64,000 bases of DNA from Octopus vulgaris. Taxonomy: Eukaryota. The notes beneath the pieces were generated by a model. The model saw only the letters and a program-made list of their open reading frames with translations. It ran no database searches and was not told the origin of the DNA. Where the stretch lies: contig OX597823.1 in the NCBI GenBank assembly GCA_951406725.2, positions 40,548,001 through 40,612,000 on the forward strand. The letters are read 5' to 3'. Position 1 is the first letter of the stretch, and each line of letters opens with the position of its first letter. The position numbers were made by a program, and so were the translations under genes. Below are positions 30,674 through 45,050 of this stretch, one piece after another.

Positions 30674-31100
30674 TCATCGTCATAATCGCCATCATCGTCA
30701 TTGTCGTCGTTGTCTTCACCACGAAAATTATTATCGTTCATTACTTGTTATTAATATTACTTCAGTTTCTTCTAGAATTAGGCTTGTAATGGCGCACACT
30801 AATATAGTTCTGTAGCCATTCCACGCCGCGACGTATTCCCGAAAGAAACAATTCGCCATTGGTTACTTTCATTTCTCTACTAAAACACTAACCCCCCACC
30901 CACCCCACACACACCAAATATAATATATATATATCGGCGCTTATGTATTCAGATTCTGCTCAATTCTTTGAATTCATCCAGGAAATAATAAGTTGCTCTC
31001 CTGGTAAAAAATGGAGTTCTTACCATTGGAAGTTAGGAAACAGGGTTACAAATCATATCATGTTTGCATGTATGAATGCGTATGCGCATATATATACCTT

Positions 31101-31134
<34 letters not shown>

Positions 31135-31238
31135 ATATAAATTCAGGGTGAGTACTTGATAATTGTAAGCACCTGTATGTACCATTTGGTGGTGTAGGTG
31201 GTGGACTAAATTAATCAAAATAAAAACATGATGCCAAT

Positions 31239-31538
31239 AATTCAGCGGTACATATGTTTTGGGCCTTTATTAGACGGATTTATAACAATGCATAATGTGT
31301 GTCTATGGCCTTCTTCTTTCTACATTGAGTGAAAGACGAGATGGACGCTTCATTTTTGTGCTGCTACCCAACTATGTCGTACGCGACTGAGAGGATTTGC
31401 ATCCCCAACGTAGAATTTACGATGTAATACATGTCTTTGAAGTAGTAATTGTGCGCGGCTGAAGAAGGCCATAGACACACATTATGCATTGTTATAAATC
31501 CGTCTAATAAAGGCCCGAAACATATGTACCGCTGAATT
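31239..31538. repeat. 78-bp inverted repeat (inverted pseudo-LTR-like)
   Basis: 31239-31316 is the reverse complement of 31461-31538 with one mismatch; 144-bp spacer. Confidence 0.95.
31455..31532 (+). ncRNA. Type I minimal hammerhead ribozyme (Penelope pseudo-LTR type)
   Basis: GCGG-CTGAAGA-AGGCC...GGCCC-GAAA-CATATG-TA-CCGC: stem I GCGG/CCGC, core CUGANGA/GAAA, palindromic stem III ACATATGT, GUA site after 31528. Confidence 0.75.
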
Positions 31539-31549
31539 CTTGACGTAAT

Positions 31550-31583
<34 letters not shown>

Positions 31584-32138
31584 CTGTGTGCCTAGTTTAT
31601 ATGTACGTATATCATTGTGTGATGTAAGCTTATGTGTATACAAAGTGTGTGTGTGTGTGTGCACATTTATGTAATCATGTATGTGTGTATAGGCATGTGC
31701 ATATGTATATGCAGATATGTATGAGTATCTATATTTGGTTGTTTGAATTCGTATATGAATGTGAATATTTCTTATGAATGTGTATATGTGTGTGTTTTGT
31801 ATGTTGGTTTTTCTCTTCCTAACTGGAATTTTAGAGTTCCTTTCGTCCAGTACATTCTCCCTGCAACAGTACCAATCTTGTAAAGAAAAACAAAATTTTC
31901 TCTTGAAAATATCTGAAAACTTGTTCTTTCCTTCATCGTTTTCACATTTATATACTTCTTGCATTTACATAACTAATAAATACAATAATAAACAACAATA
32001 CTGAGTAGAACGTGTAGATTTTCATTGTTATAGATATAATTGCAGTGATATATGAACTGAGTAGCTACTTTTTAAAATCAAACTCCAAGTCTCATCATAA
32101 TTTGATCGAAACAGGTTGGTATGATTGATTGATTGATT

Positions 32139-32180
32139 CTAGTTTCAGCTCATGAGCTGTGGCCATGCTGGGGCACCGCC
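32139..32180 (-). mobile_element. Tail-only copy of the same LINE
   Basis: Plus strand CTAGTTTCAGCTCATGAGCTGTGGCCATGCTGGGGCACCGCC is nearly identical to 52270-52311. Confidence 0.6.
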
Positions 32181-32354
32181 ATGTATACTACTACTACTAC
32201 TCCAATATTAATTAGTTCTAAAATGAAAATATTTTGGATACTGGATTTGAAGACTCCCTATCAAAGATCCATAGATGTCGTCTTTTTTGTATCAAGTGAG
32301 CAGGTGACTTTCCACAACACAGATTATTATTTCAGACCCCCCCCCGACAACTAT

Positions 32355-32800
32355 AAATAATAACATGGATGATATTTTCATCTAATTATTGCTTTATATT
32401 CCCAAACAATTTCATCCTATCAGTTTCAACATATTCATTTTTAGTCTCTTACTCTATACCAGCTTGTCGTAGCATCTCATTATTCTTCATGAGGAACGGA
32501 ATATCTGGAGGGCTTTCTCTCATATTTAGATGTGGCTAATTAATTCGTTATTGGTTTATACATTGCCTATATATGTGTATATCAGTTGATAGTTATAGAA
32601 AACCTACATTTACCAGCTCACATTATCTAATTTATCTGTAGAAGCTATTTGGTCGTGATTTCGTACAACTGGATTACGGTGACTCAATCTTCCAGCTGGG
32701 ATGTTATAAATTTTGCATCACACCATGCTAGCATTTTACTCATGGCTGTTTTCTTCATGAACCGTTTTTCGTATCCTGTACTCAAGTACAATCATTTCGG
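32355..32800 (+). pseudogene. Decayed Penelope-like reverse transcriptase fragment
   Basis: Ordered motifs across frameshifts: MDDIFI (32365), QFHPISF, GFLSYLDV (~32508-32534), YRKPTFT (32594), SSW...NRFSYP. Confidence 0.6.
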
Positions 32801-32924
32801 TAAAATTGTTTATTGTTATTTTGTTACAATGTTAAATAGGTTCTTCGATGTTCCTTAAAGAGATCTATGTCAGCCTTTATTTCATATTCTTCCTCCAATT
32901 CATTAGCAATTCTCTAATAATAGG

Positions 32925-33120
32925 ACTCGTTTTTGCACAAGGCCAGCAATTTTGAAGGAAATGAGGCAAGTTGATTACAGCAATCCTGGTACTTATTTTA
33001 ACGACCCTGAAAGGATGAAAGAGAAAGTCAACTGAGGTGGCATTTGAACTCAGAACGTAAAATGTAGGAAGAAATACCAATGAGCGTTTTCTACGATACG
33101 CTAACGCTTTTACCTTAACA
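32925..33120 (-). mobile_element. SINE family B, decayed
   Basis: GGTACTTATTTTAACGACCCTGAAAGGATGAAAG...TTTGAACTCAGAACG. Confidence 0.7.
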
Positions 33121-33854
33121 ATGATTTCAATTTTTGGCACAAGACCAGTAATTTCGGTGATAATGTTTATCTTTTTGCACTTACCCTTTATTTATATTTT
33201 TTTAAAATTCTCCTACCTTTTTTAAAATTACAAAATCTTTGATTAGATCTTCAGTATGAAACCATGAACACTTCGAATTTATATTTTCGATCATACAAAC
33301 TTCGAATATCATTCGACCAAGTTTACAGTAATTTCTTTTGTGCCGTGAATCATATACCATTTCTGTGGTACCCATCATTCCTTTGATGCTCTAAGCACGT
33401 ACTTCGTTTGCATAATGGTTATCGAGCCCTTTATGTATCTATGAATTACTAATTTGAATTCTTTCTAGAAGCAAGGAGCTGGTTTCTAACAAAGGAGCCA
33501 AGCTCTAGGGCAGAAATTTGGTTAACCACAACAGGTGCCACATACTGAACTTTAGAAAATTCTTGAATATTTTTTATCGTTCAACTTCCTAAATTTATTT
33601 GTAAATTTCGTGTTAGTTTCTACTTCCACATGGAAATCTTAACTTTGCTAGACTGTGGGGCAGATATTTGCTAAAATAGCGAAGAGCACCAATAATCATT
33701 GGTATAACTCTAAATTTATAATCAGGTTAGAAGAGCTGCAAAGTTCCAAGTAGTTGTCCTCGCATATTCTCTTTCTTTAATTGTATAATAATATCTGATA
33801 GTCGATACCCGTGGACGGGCTTAATAAAGCAAACTCCTGGTCAAAACCCAAATG

Positions 33855-33914
<60 letters not shown>

Positions 33915-33921
<7 letters not shown>

Positions 33922-34101
33922 GGCCTCCAAATAAAGAAGCGAGTGCTAGATACACAAAAAGGGGATAAATTCATGAAATGGAATGAAAATCAAAAACGTT
34001 TACCATCTCAGCTAATCCTGTACTGCAGTTTCATCTTTTTTTTAGCAAATGAATAGAATTGTGTATCTAGCACTCGCTTCTTTATTTGGAGGCCTTTTAA
34101 T
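33915..34101. repeat. 43-bp perfect inverted repeat
   Basis: ATTAAAAGGCCTCCAAATAAAGAAGCGAGTGCTAGATACACAA and its reverse complement at 34059-34101, between (TA)n tracts. Confidence 0.95.
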
Positions 34102-34197
34102 GTATTTATATATGAATAACGCATAGTCTAATGACTAATTCGTCTTTTGTCTAGGTCACTGGTAATAATAATTTATTTTTATTACCCTATTTACTAT

Positions 34198-34254
<57 letters not shown>

Positions 34255-34286
34255 TGCATGTATATGTATGCCTAAATATATATATC

Positions 34287-34503
34287 CGAGGGGTCACTTG
34301 AAAGTTCCTTGCTTTGGGTAAAAGTAAATACAGGAAGATCAATTAATTATGATTTTATTCAACATATTTCCCTCTCAGATTCACACACTTAATGCAGCGG
34401 TCCTTCAGATTTTCTAAGCCCTGTCCAAAAACTCGGAAGGCAGGGCCTCCAGCCATGCCTTTCGTGACACCCTTAAAGCAAGGATCTTTACAGCACCCGC
34501 TCG
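34287..34503. mobile_element. Mariner-type MITE
   Basis: Imperfect TIRs CGAGGGGTCACTTGAAAGTTCCTTGCTTT / AAAGCAAGGATCTTTACAGCACCCGCTCG within TA/TG microsatellite. Confidence 0.7.
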
Positions 34504-35299
34504 TGTGTACACACACACACACACACACATCTATGTATATGTGTGTGTATATGTACGTGTGTGTGTACGTATATATGTATGCATATATATAAATATATGT
34601 GTGTGTATATCTATATATAGATAGATAGATAGATATGCATATATATATACATATGTGTATATATATTTGTGTATATGTGCGTATAAATCTGCTTATAAGT
34701 GCGTGTGTATATTTTTATAGCCGTAGGTTAGGGTGTGTTCTCAATACACTAGTTTCACCCTCATCTATGCTATATCTTGCCAAAATATCATTTATACGTA
34801 AATAGAAGACACGTATAATCACGAAGACACAAGCACACACACACACACACAAACACACAGAGACATATACACACGCAGTTCCAGTTTGCTGACGTCACAT
34901 CGACGGATTATTTACAGTGCAAACAGTTAGTCCCATCTCGATTGTACGTTATCGCTTCTTACCGCTTACCTTTTGCTCCTTCAGATGTTCACCAAAACAT
35001 CACCAGCATCTCATCACTACAGCCTTTTTTTTTCCGTCGTAGTCATGGTTGTCATCTTCATCTGTGTCATCATCATCACCACCACCACCACCAACACCAC
35101 CACCACCACCAACACCACCACCACCACCAACACCACCACCACCGCCGCCGCCGCTTTGCCGCCGCCATCACCACCACCGACACCACTACCACAACCACCT
35201 CCATCACTCCTATCGTAATCTTTATCACTGACATTTTCTTATTATTGTAAGAATCACTTCAAAAGCAGCAGCAACAGCTGCGGCAGTACCGTCATCGCG

Positions 35300-35640
<341 letters not shown>

Positions 35641-36252
35641 CATAAAAAAAGGTATGATAGCCTACTCTCACATTTCCTCACATTTTAATAACACTCTTCA
35701 GAAAAGTTTTATCAAAATTCGAACCCCCAAATACTTCAAGACTTCAAGTGTGACTCTATACTTCCTTATTCGTCATCTGCGAGTAAAAACTGTACAAACT
35801 TTGCCGCAACTCGATGCATCTTCATTTTTTTTTCTTTTCAAACCATGCCATACAATTTCTTACAGACGCTTTCTTCTTCGGAGACTTCATGGCATTCAGG
35901 CAACAATTTTCACGGACCACAGCACATAGTTTTAAATCGTAACCGATTGTTGATATAGAAGATCAATCAGATTTGAAATCCCTTTCCATGGACGTATATT
36001 TCATTTCAGAACTGTGGTTCCACTCTTGACATTGTGTGAAGCCTAAACAGTCCAGACCATAATCTGGTGCCACACTAAAAAAATGTAGACTTCAAAACAA
36101 CTTCTGATCTGATTAAGCATCCATAAATATTTGTGGCACTTGTTAAGTCCTTCATTGTTTGATCTACGATAAAAAGTGAAAACATAAGTTCAACTAAGCG
36201 CTTATAGATCGATGGCTAACTGACGTGACACAATGAAGATGAACTTCAAGGT

Positions 36253-36702
<450 letters not shown>

Positions 36703-37986
36703 CTATATTTAAATGTGTGTGTGTGTTTGTATCAGTATTTATCCCCACCACTGCTTCACAACCGGTGTTGAAGTTTTTATGTCCCCGTAACTTAGCAATT
36801 CGGCAAAAGATACTAATAGAGTAAGTACCAAGCTTAAGAATACCAAAAGGTAATGGGGGTCGATTCGTTCGACAAAAATTCTCCAAGGTGGAATCCCAAC
36901 AAGTTCACACTCTAATGAATGAAACAAGTAAAAATAGATGAAAAAAAGATATAAATACACGTTTTTTGTTTTATTTATGTAACATTATACTATGCTGTGT
37001 GTTTGTATACATATATGCTACCATATAATATATATATATATGTGAATACAAACACACACACACACACACATAAATGTGTCTGTCTGTGTGTAACCATTTA
37101 AAATATACGCAAGAATTATATAAAAAATATGTAGGTAATAAAGCATAATGTAGACATTTAGGAATTTCAGATATTTAAAAATTAATATATTTAACAATCA
37201 TTCGCTTCAGCTCTCACCACACACATATACAAATACACTGTGTGTGGGTGTTACTCTTCCTCGTAGTGTCTGTGTGCAAGGGTCTGTTAGACACATGGTG
37301 TTCATATGTTATGGACCACCACGCTTGAGTATATACAAGAAGTTCAGAAGAAATGATGTCTTGTCCTAACTATAAAACTGATCAAAACTACGTATAAGGA
37401 AGGTATCGGCTCTGAAGTAAGGAGTCATAGAACCTGAATGGTTGCTTTTTTTCATGTCCACAGGGTCTTGTATTTGGTATTGCGTATTTACGGAATTTAC
37501 ACCTTTCTGCAACGCTGAGTTGTACCAAATCATGATATCTTTCCGGAGTTACAAGGCTTCAGTGAAATTTTCTAAGAATGGATTCGAACATAACATAGCG
37601 CGTATAATGGGTGGAGAGTCGTAGATCAGTCGATAAATATTGCAATTTTCAATTGATTTTATAGTTAAATGTATATATTAGTTATTGTTTTGTCGGTAGT
37701 TTGTAGGGAGGAAAATAAACTTAAACAAAATTAGGGACCTTCCAGCTAGGAGATCAGTGAGGGAGAACAGCTAACCTAAATATAAATATATCAATGTCTT
37801 CTAGGAAATCGTCGGTGAGCAGGATGTTTCTAAATCTCCGAGAAAGCGAGAACATGAGGATGCGGGAATTAGTGTATTTGGGTAAGATTGTGTGTGAATT
37901 TTAAAGTGCTGGGTGATTTAGAAAATTCAAGTATGAAACCAGATTGTGTGTTCTTCTTACTTCTTGCAGCTTACACACACACACAA

Positions 37987-38037
<51 letters not shown>

Positions 38038-38499
38038 CACACACACACACACAAACACACACACACATACACGCACACACATACAAACACATACGCACGC
38101 GCACACTTCCCGACGCGCCGGCGCACACACACACATATATATACACACATACACAAACACTGCATTCTTGCAAATCTCTGTATTCTTGACCTATTTCACA
38201 GTTTCTTCCTATTTTTATCTTACCAAACCATCCATATTCCTTGTATTCCCGTGTTGCCAATTCAACCATGTCGCTTTTTCCTTTCTTTCTCTTCCATATC
38301 ATTCTTCACACATCCTACTCCAAATTTCTACACTCCGTATTTCGATCTTACCCGGATATTTCATTTGATTTCCCATAGTTGTTAACCCTCCCACCAACAC
38401 TCTTCGTTTCATCTCAAGTTCGCCCTCCTATAAATGTAGAACCTCAACTCTGCCTCTAGGCCCAAAACTCCATATCCAACATCATCGCAAAAGCAACAA

Positions 38500-38724
38500 T
38501 ACCGCCGTCGACTCCCGCCACCGCCACCACTATCACCGCGGCCTTCGCCGCCGCCGCCGCCTCCGTCCCCGCCTCCACCCCCACTAGAGACGCCACCATC
38601 GCCGCCATCACCACCATCACCGCCATCGCCGCCGCCGCCGACGCCGCCCACCACCACCACCACCACCACCACCACCACCACCACCACCACCACCTCCACC
38701 ACCACCACCACCACAACCACCACG
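38500..38724. repeat. GC-rich CCG/CCA low-complexity tract
   Basis: Directly visible. Confidence 0.9.
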
Positions 38725-38911
38725 CTTTATCCATTCAAAATTTGTCTGCAGACGAGTTTAATGTAATTATAAATGTATTTAAATAAATATTTTTTTTGGT
38801 TTTTCTGATTTCTTTTCGTTGTTTTTCATGTTTCTTATTTATTTATTTGCCTGATTACTAAATTTTTACTATGTCTTCTTGAGATTATCGCAAAACATAG
38901 TCGAAGACAGC

Positions 38912-38957
<46 letters not shown>

Positions 38958-39051
38958 GGGAGAGAGAGACAAACATACACTGAAAAATTGATAGACAGAG
39001 AGCAGTGTACGTCTGAAGATTGTGTGTATATATGTATACACACACACATGC

Positions 39052-39097
<46 letters not shown>

Positions 39098-39213
39098 ATG
39101 CACTTATAAATATATATGTCTATCTATATATACATAATATGCATTTATATACATATTGATATAGACATAGATGGAACATACATACTGGTTTGTGTGTACG
39201 TATATGTATGTGT

Positions 39214-39255
<42 letters not shown>

Positions 39256-39498
39256 ATGTATATTCATATTGACGTAGAGAAAGAGAGAGAAAGAGAGAGA
39301 GAGAGTGAGAGAGAGAGAAAGAGGGAGAGAAGTGGAAGATTAAGACGAAAATATTGAGACGTAGGCAGAAACCTATAGAGGTGAAAAGATCAGCTCACAT
39401 AGTGTATGACCATATATACGTCTCACTCCCCCCTCTCTCTGTATTTATGTATCTATATATGTATGTATACATGTGAATATATATATAGACATATATAT

Positions 39499-39624
<126 letters not shown>

Positions 39625-40375
39625 GCACACGCATACATACTGTTAAATCTATGTCTACGCACGCGAACGCGTGCGCAAAGTATGTGTATATATGTAGGAG
39701 AGATAATGCGTGTAACGATTTAGAGGTAAGTCAAATAATCTTAAGAGAGCAACACAAAAAAAAAAAAAGGAAAATATATATATATTCATGTGTATACAAC
39801 ACATGTTTGCCTGTATATATGTGAGTGTTTTGTGTATATGTTTATATCATGTGCTTGCTGTCTCTCTCCCCTTCCGTCTCTCTTCCTCTTTATGTATATT
39901 GTCAGTCATACATATATAAATGCGTACGTACCTAAATACATACATCCAACAAGTATACCTACATATGCGTACACATAAACTCTGTTTTTTTTTCCTATTT
40001 GTAAAGATTAAAACTAAAATCAAATGAAGCTAAAAACATAGAAACTAGAACAGCGAAAAGAAGACGCAATTACATCGCTCAGAGTCTTCGTATTGCGATA
40101 GGAATGTAGAAGAAAATAAGAGTTGAGGACAGTATTTTTATCTATCGATGAGGAAAATCTCAACTTCAGACAAGGATATCATCATCGTTGTCGTCATTGT
40201 ACTACTCCTCGTTGACATTGTCATCATTATCATCGTCATTATCATGTCATCGTCTTCATCGTCGACATTATCATCATTATCATTGGCGTCGTCATCATCG
40301 CTGTTATTGTCAGAATCGTTGTCATCAACATAAACAACAGTGGCTCAGTTACAATGCTTTTATCAAGTCCTCTCT

Positions 40376-41490
40376 GAGGTGGCAAGCTGGCAGAACCGTT
40401 AGCACGCCGGGCAAAAATGCTTAGCGGTATTTCGTCCGTCTTTACGTGCTGAGTTCAAATTCCGCCGAGGTCGACTTTGCCTGCCTTTCATCTTTTCGGA
40501 TTCGATAAATTAAGTACCAGTTACGCACTGGGGTCGATATAATCAACTTAATCCGTTTGTCTGTCCTTGTTTGTCCTCTCTGTGTTTAGCCCCTTGTGGG
40601 TAGTAAAGAAATAGGTATTTCGTCTGCTGCTACATTCTGAGTTCAAATTTCGTCGAGGTCGACTTTGCCTTTCATCCTTACGGGGTCGATAAATTAAGTA
40701 CCAGTTACGCACTGGGGTCGATGTAATTGACTTAATCCCTTTGTCTGTCATTGTTTCTTCCCTCTATGTTTAGTCCCTTATGGGCAATAAAGAAATAAGA
40801 ACCGTTAACACACCGGGTAAAATGCTTAGCGATATTTCGTTCGTCTTAACGTTCTGAGTTCAAATTCCGTCGAGGTCGGTTTTACCTTGAATCCTTTCGG
40901 GTCAATAAAATTAATACTAGTGAAACACTTGGATCAATGTAATCAACCAATCCCCTCCCATAAAATTTCAGGCTTTGTGCCTTCAGTAGAAAGAATTATT
41001 ATTAAGTACTATAGGGCGGCGAGGTGGCAGAATCGTTAGTACGCCGAGTAAAATGCTTAGTGGTATTTCGCCCGTCTTTATTTTCTGAGTTCAAATCCCA
41101 CCGAAATCGACTTTATCTTCCCTCCTTTCGGAATCGATAAAATAAGTAGCAGCTTAACACTGGGTGTCAATGTAAACGACTTATCTGCTCCCTCAAAATT
41201 GCTGGCCTTGTGCCAAAACTTAAAATCATTATCAAGCACTCTATCATATTGAATACTCTACGGTTGTTACGTACACTGTCATTGTAGCAATCCTTTCCTG
41301 GATGTTAAGGTTATGCTAAATGTAAACTTATTATTAGTATGTCATGTTCTGAGTTCTCATTTCGCCGAGGTCAAATTTGCTTCTCATCCTTTTGGAGTCG
41401 ATAAAATAAGTACCAGTTATGTACTGGAATTGATGTAATCAACTTACCCATACCCCGAAATTTCTGACCTTGAGCCAAAATCTGGAATCA
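40376..41490 (+). mobile_element. Head-to-tail cluster of ~5 family B SINE units
   Basis: Units begin at ~40376, 40613, 40798, 41013 and 41346, each with TCTGAGTTCAAAT...GTCGATAAA..AAGTAC. Confidence 0.9.
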
Positions 41491-41883
41491 TTATTAATAT
41501 TAGTTATTGTTTTTTTTACTGCCTAGTTAAGCCCCGATTTGCATATTTTAAGAATGCATGCCGTTAAGCAATGAACGCCACATCGTTTCCCCATTCTTTT
41601 ACAGCACATCTGAAGTCTTTATAAATTGGAAATCATAGTTGCAGCTAGTACTGCTGCTACTGTAGTAGTAGTAGTAGTAGTTGTTGTTGTTGTTGTTGCT
41701 TCTTAGCTCCAGGCGACTACCGAAAGTACAGATCTGTGATCTAAGATCTTCTGGTGGCGAGCATCCTTTTCTTTTCTTTCATTCACGAATTTCATGTTAT
41801 AAGAATCACATTATTTAACGTGTCCATGATACGAATGAAATTTAACTGCTATTTCAAGCTGTTTGAATGGCGATATAGAAGTT

Positions 41884-41916
<33 letters not shown>

Positions 41917-42364
41917 CCTTGATGCTGTTCGTTTTCCTATTACGATGTCGTTTTTGTATTTGGTTCTCAAAATCCAAATGTATATTTTATTTTAAAAAAA
42001 AATATGCATAAACAAACAGATACATAACAAAATAAATAAATAAATAAATAAACAAGTAAATGCATTTTCCGGTTGGTTTCATGATTTCTTACAAAAGATC
42101 TCATCTGATAAAAAATCATTACAGAATGAATTGTGGTTGTTGTTTAGTGAAGTCTACCATAGTGAACTTTACTGTATAATAGTAGCATGCAGCCTACCAT
42201 TGAAGACTAGTTCGAAAAGTACTTTAGTTACACAAAAATCAATGTGACTCAAGCATTTTAATAGCAGTAGGGTCTTCATCTGATGTATATTTAACATAAT
42301 TTCGTGAAATATAATACAGACTGTCTGGTAATCCATCGAAATATGCAGTGTCTAATGATTATAG

Positions 42365-42570
42365 GTTTCAAATTCCGGTAAAAGTCTAACAATTTAGGTG
42401 GAAGGTAATAAGTCGATTACATCGACCCCAGTGCTCAAATCGTACTTATTTCATCGACTCCGACAGCATGAAAGGCAAAGTCGATCCTGGCAAGAATTTG
42501 AACTGAAAACGTAAAGGCGGAGGAAATGCTGCTAATTACTTTTCCTGGCGTGCTAACGATTCTGCCAGAA
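42365..42570 (-). mobile_element. SINE family B
   Basis: AAGTCGATTACATCGACCCCAGTG...GTGCTAACGATTCTGCCAG; a further decayed copy at ~43480-43635. Confidence 0.75.
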
Positions 42571-42595
42571 CACCGGCTTAGTGTCGTGTAATTAT

Positions 42596-42659
<64 letters not shown>

Positions 42660-44671
42660 TGTGTGTGTATGTACTACGTTGTCAAATAATTCATTTGGGT
42701 ATGAGACCATTTCTGCAAAACAGTTTTGGCACCGTTTATTTGGCATCGCTGATTCGATGCTGACTTATTTGACATCAGACGTTTTCATGTTTCCTCCCTT
42801 TGTAATGTTTCTCTCTTCTTCCTTTTCGCCCTACTCTCTCCATTTATGCGTGCGCGCGTATTTATCGTTATGCGTACGAGGAGAAGGAAAATATTTAGTC
42901 ATTCATATTCAGTCAATAAATTATAATGTCTCTCTTTTTCTCTCATGCCCACTCATTCTGTTAGAATACTTCTGTTGTGTGTGTTTGTGTCTAGTGCTAA
43001 AAAAATTACTGTTTCTAAAAAAGAAAGTGCTTAATGCCCAGTCATCCGTGCCAACTTGTCAACATAGTTGCACCCTGTTTTCTCATTCCGTCCGTATTTA
43101 AATTATATCGATGTTGTAGAACCCGGGTTAAAGCATTTAGAACTGTCTCTCCAGATGTGTCTCGGAAGTCGCAATGACACTGGCATTAAAGCGTTTATGT
43201 TATCTTGCAGTATATGTTCTGATCTCTGCACCCTGTGTTGAAATCTAGCTGAAGAAAACTTTGGTTTTTCACTATTTTGGGGACGAAAAATATCTAGCCA
43301 ATACACTTCCCTTCTTTTTCTCATTCACTCGGAATTGGTTAAAATCGGTGAGATGATGCCCGGCAAAATAAATAAACAAATAAATAAAAATTAAAACAGC
43401 GGAAGGTAACAGCAAGCCATTGTCTTTCGTATTCTCCCTCGAAGCTTCCGGAGCGAAATACGTTATGGCTTCAAAGTCATCAATTTTTGAAAGGGAAGAG
43501 ATTCGTCAATAACATCGACCGAAATACTTGAGTGGTGTATAATTTTTATCGATCATCAAGTGATGAAATGAGATTTGTTAAGAGCCGGAAAAAGCCGCTA
43601 AGCATTTTGTCCGGTGCTCTAACGATTCTGCCAATTGTTCTTTTTTTTTACGTTTCTCCAATATCGTGTGCAGCGGCGAGAGCTTATATAATAGATACTA
43701 CATATATATAGATAAGGTAGTGCTGTATATGTTTGTGTAAATAAGAGAGAAGTTATTTCGTGTTTGTATTTGGTTTGCAAATACAGGGTAGACCTCGAAG
43801 AGAGAGAGAGAAAGAGAGAGTTATTGAAGAGGTCACGATAGCGACGAAAAACCTTTGACTAACGAAAATCCGACTGATTGTTAACCAGCACATTAAACAA
43901 ACGATCGATTAGTGAGTTGGTTAAATATTTAACCAATTGATTAACAATAAAGAAGGGATTTTGAACTAGCGCGTGTGCTATCATTATTGGCGTAATGAGC
44001 GCCCTAAGACACATGAAGGGGAATTATTGTTTTCATAAATATTCATTTCATAAATATCTTTGTTGTTCTGAAGAGGCAGAGGCCATGCCGTTTCTAAAAT
44101 TTTCTCAAGGTTTCTTCAGGTTTTCTTTAGCTTTCTCGAGCAGATGATCACATGACTTGCTGAATGCGTGGGTAGTTAATGTTTCGTTTCAATCGTAATC
44201 TATTTTTGTTCTGTTGTATGTGAGATCTGTATAAGTTGAACGACAATCTGACATTACTGTTCTTGACTACCCCATTTTTACCTTATTTAAAGCAATGTAT
44301 GTAAGATTAGTATCGTATTACCCAGTCTGTCCTGCCTTCTAAAATTAAAAGATTTGACTTAAAGATGATTTGGATAATGCTTCCTTCTACTTCATCGATA
44401 AGACTTATACTTCGAATTCATATGTGTGATTTTGGTTAGAATGTGAACATACCCTTCTTTATAAATAAATATAGGTGAAGCATTTGCTGTATTCTGTATA
44501 TTTGTGTATTGAACAAAATAAAATGGATCGTGGAATCTTCTGTCCCCAATCGAAGAAAGAAATTAAGGAAAATTTTAGCTGTGGAGTTTGAAGCGAGAAT
44601 AATTTGTGTATTCTTTATTACTAATTTAGTGTTCGGCATGTGTATTCAAATGTCTGGCATGATTCTCTCAC

Positions 44672-45050
44672 GGAGGCGCAATGGCCCAGTGGTTAGGGCA
44701 GCGGACTCGCGGTCGTAGGATCGCGGTTTCGATTCCCAGACCAGGCATTGTGAGTATTTATTGAGCGAAAACACCTAAAGCTTCACAAGGCTCCTGCAGG
44801 GGGGTGGTGGTGAACCCTGCTGTACTCTTTCACCACAACTTTCTCTCACTCTTTCTTCCCGTTTCTCTTGTACCTGTATTTCAAAGGGCCAGCCTTGTCA
44901 CACTCTGTGTCACGCTGAATCTCCTCGAGAACTACGTTAAGGGTACACGTGTCTGTGGAATGCTCAGCCACTTGCACATTAATTCCACGAGCAAGCTGTT
45001 CCGTTGATCGTATCAGCTGGGACCCTCATCGTCGTAACTGACGGAGTGCT
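44672..45050 (+). mobile_element. tRNA-Arg-derived SINE (family A), full length
   Basis: 12-bp TSD ATGATTCTCTCA (44659-44670, 45056-45067); highly similar to the 21113 and 47672 copies. Confidence 0.9.

Noticed and set aside
35800-36140. Possible decayed mariner transposase on the minus strand
   Set aside because: Only hints (VPQIF, QEWNHS); no TIRs or catalytic motifs seen.
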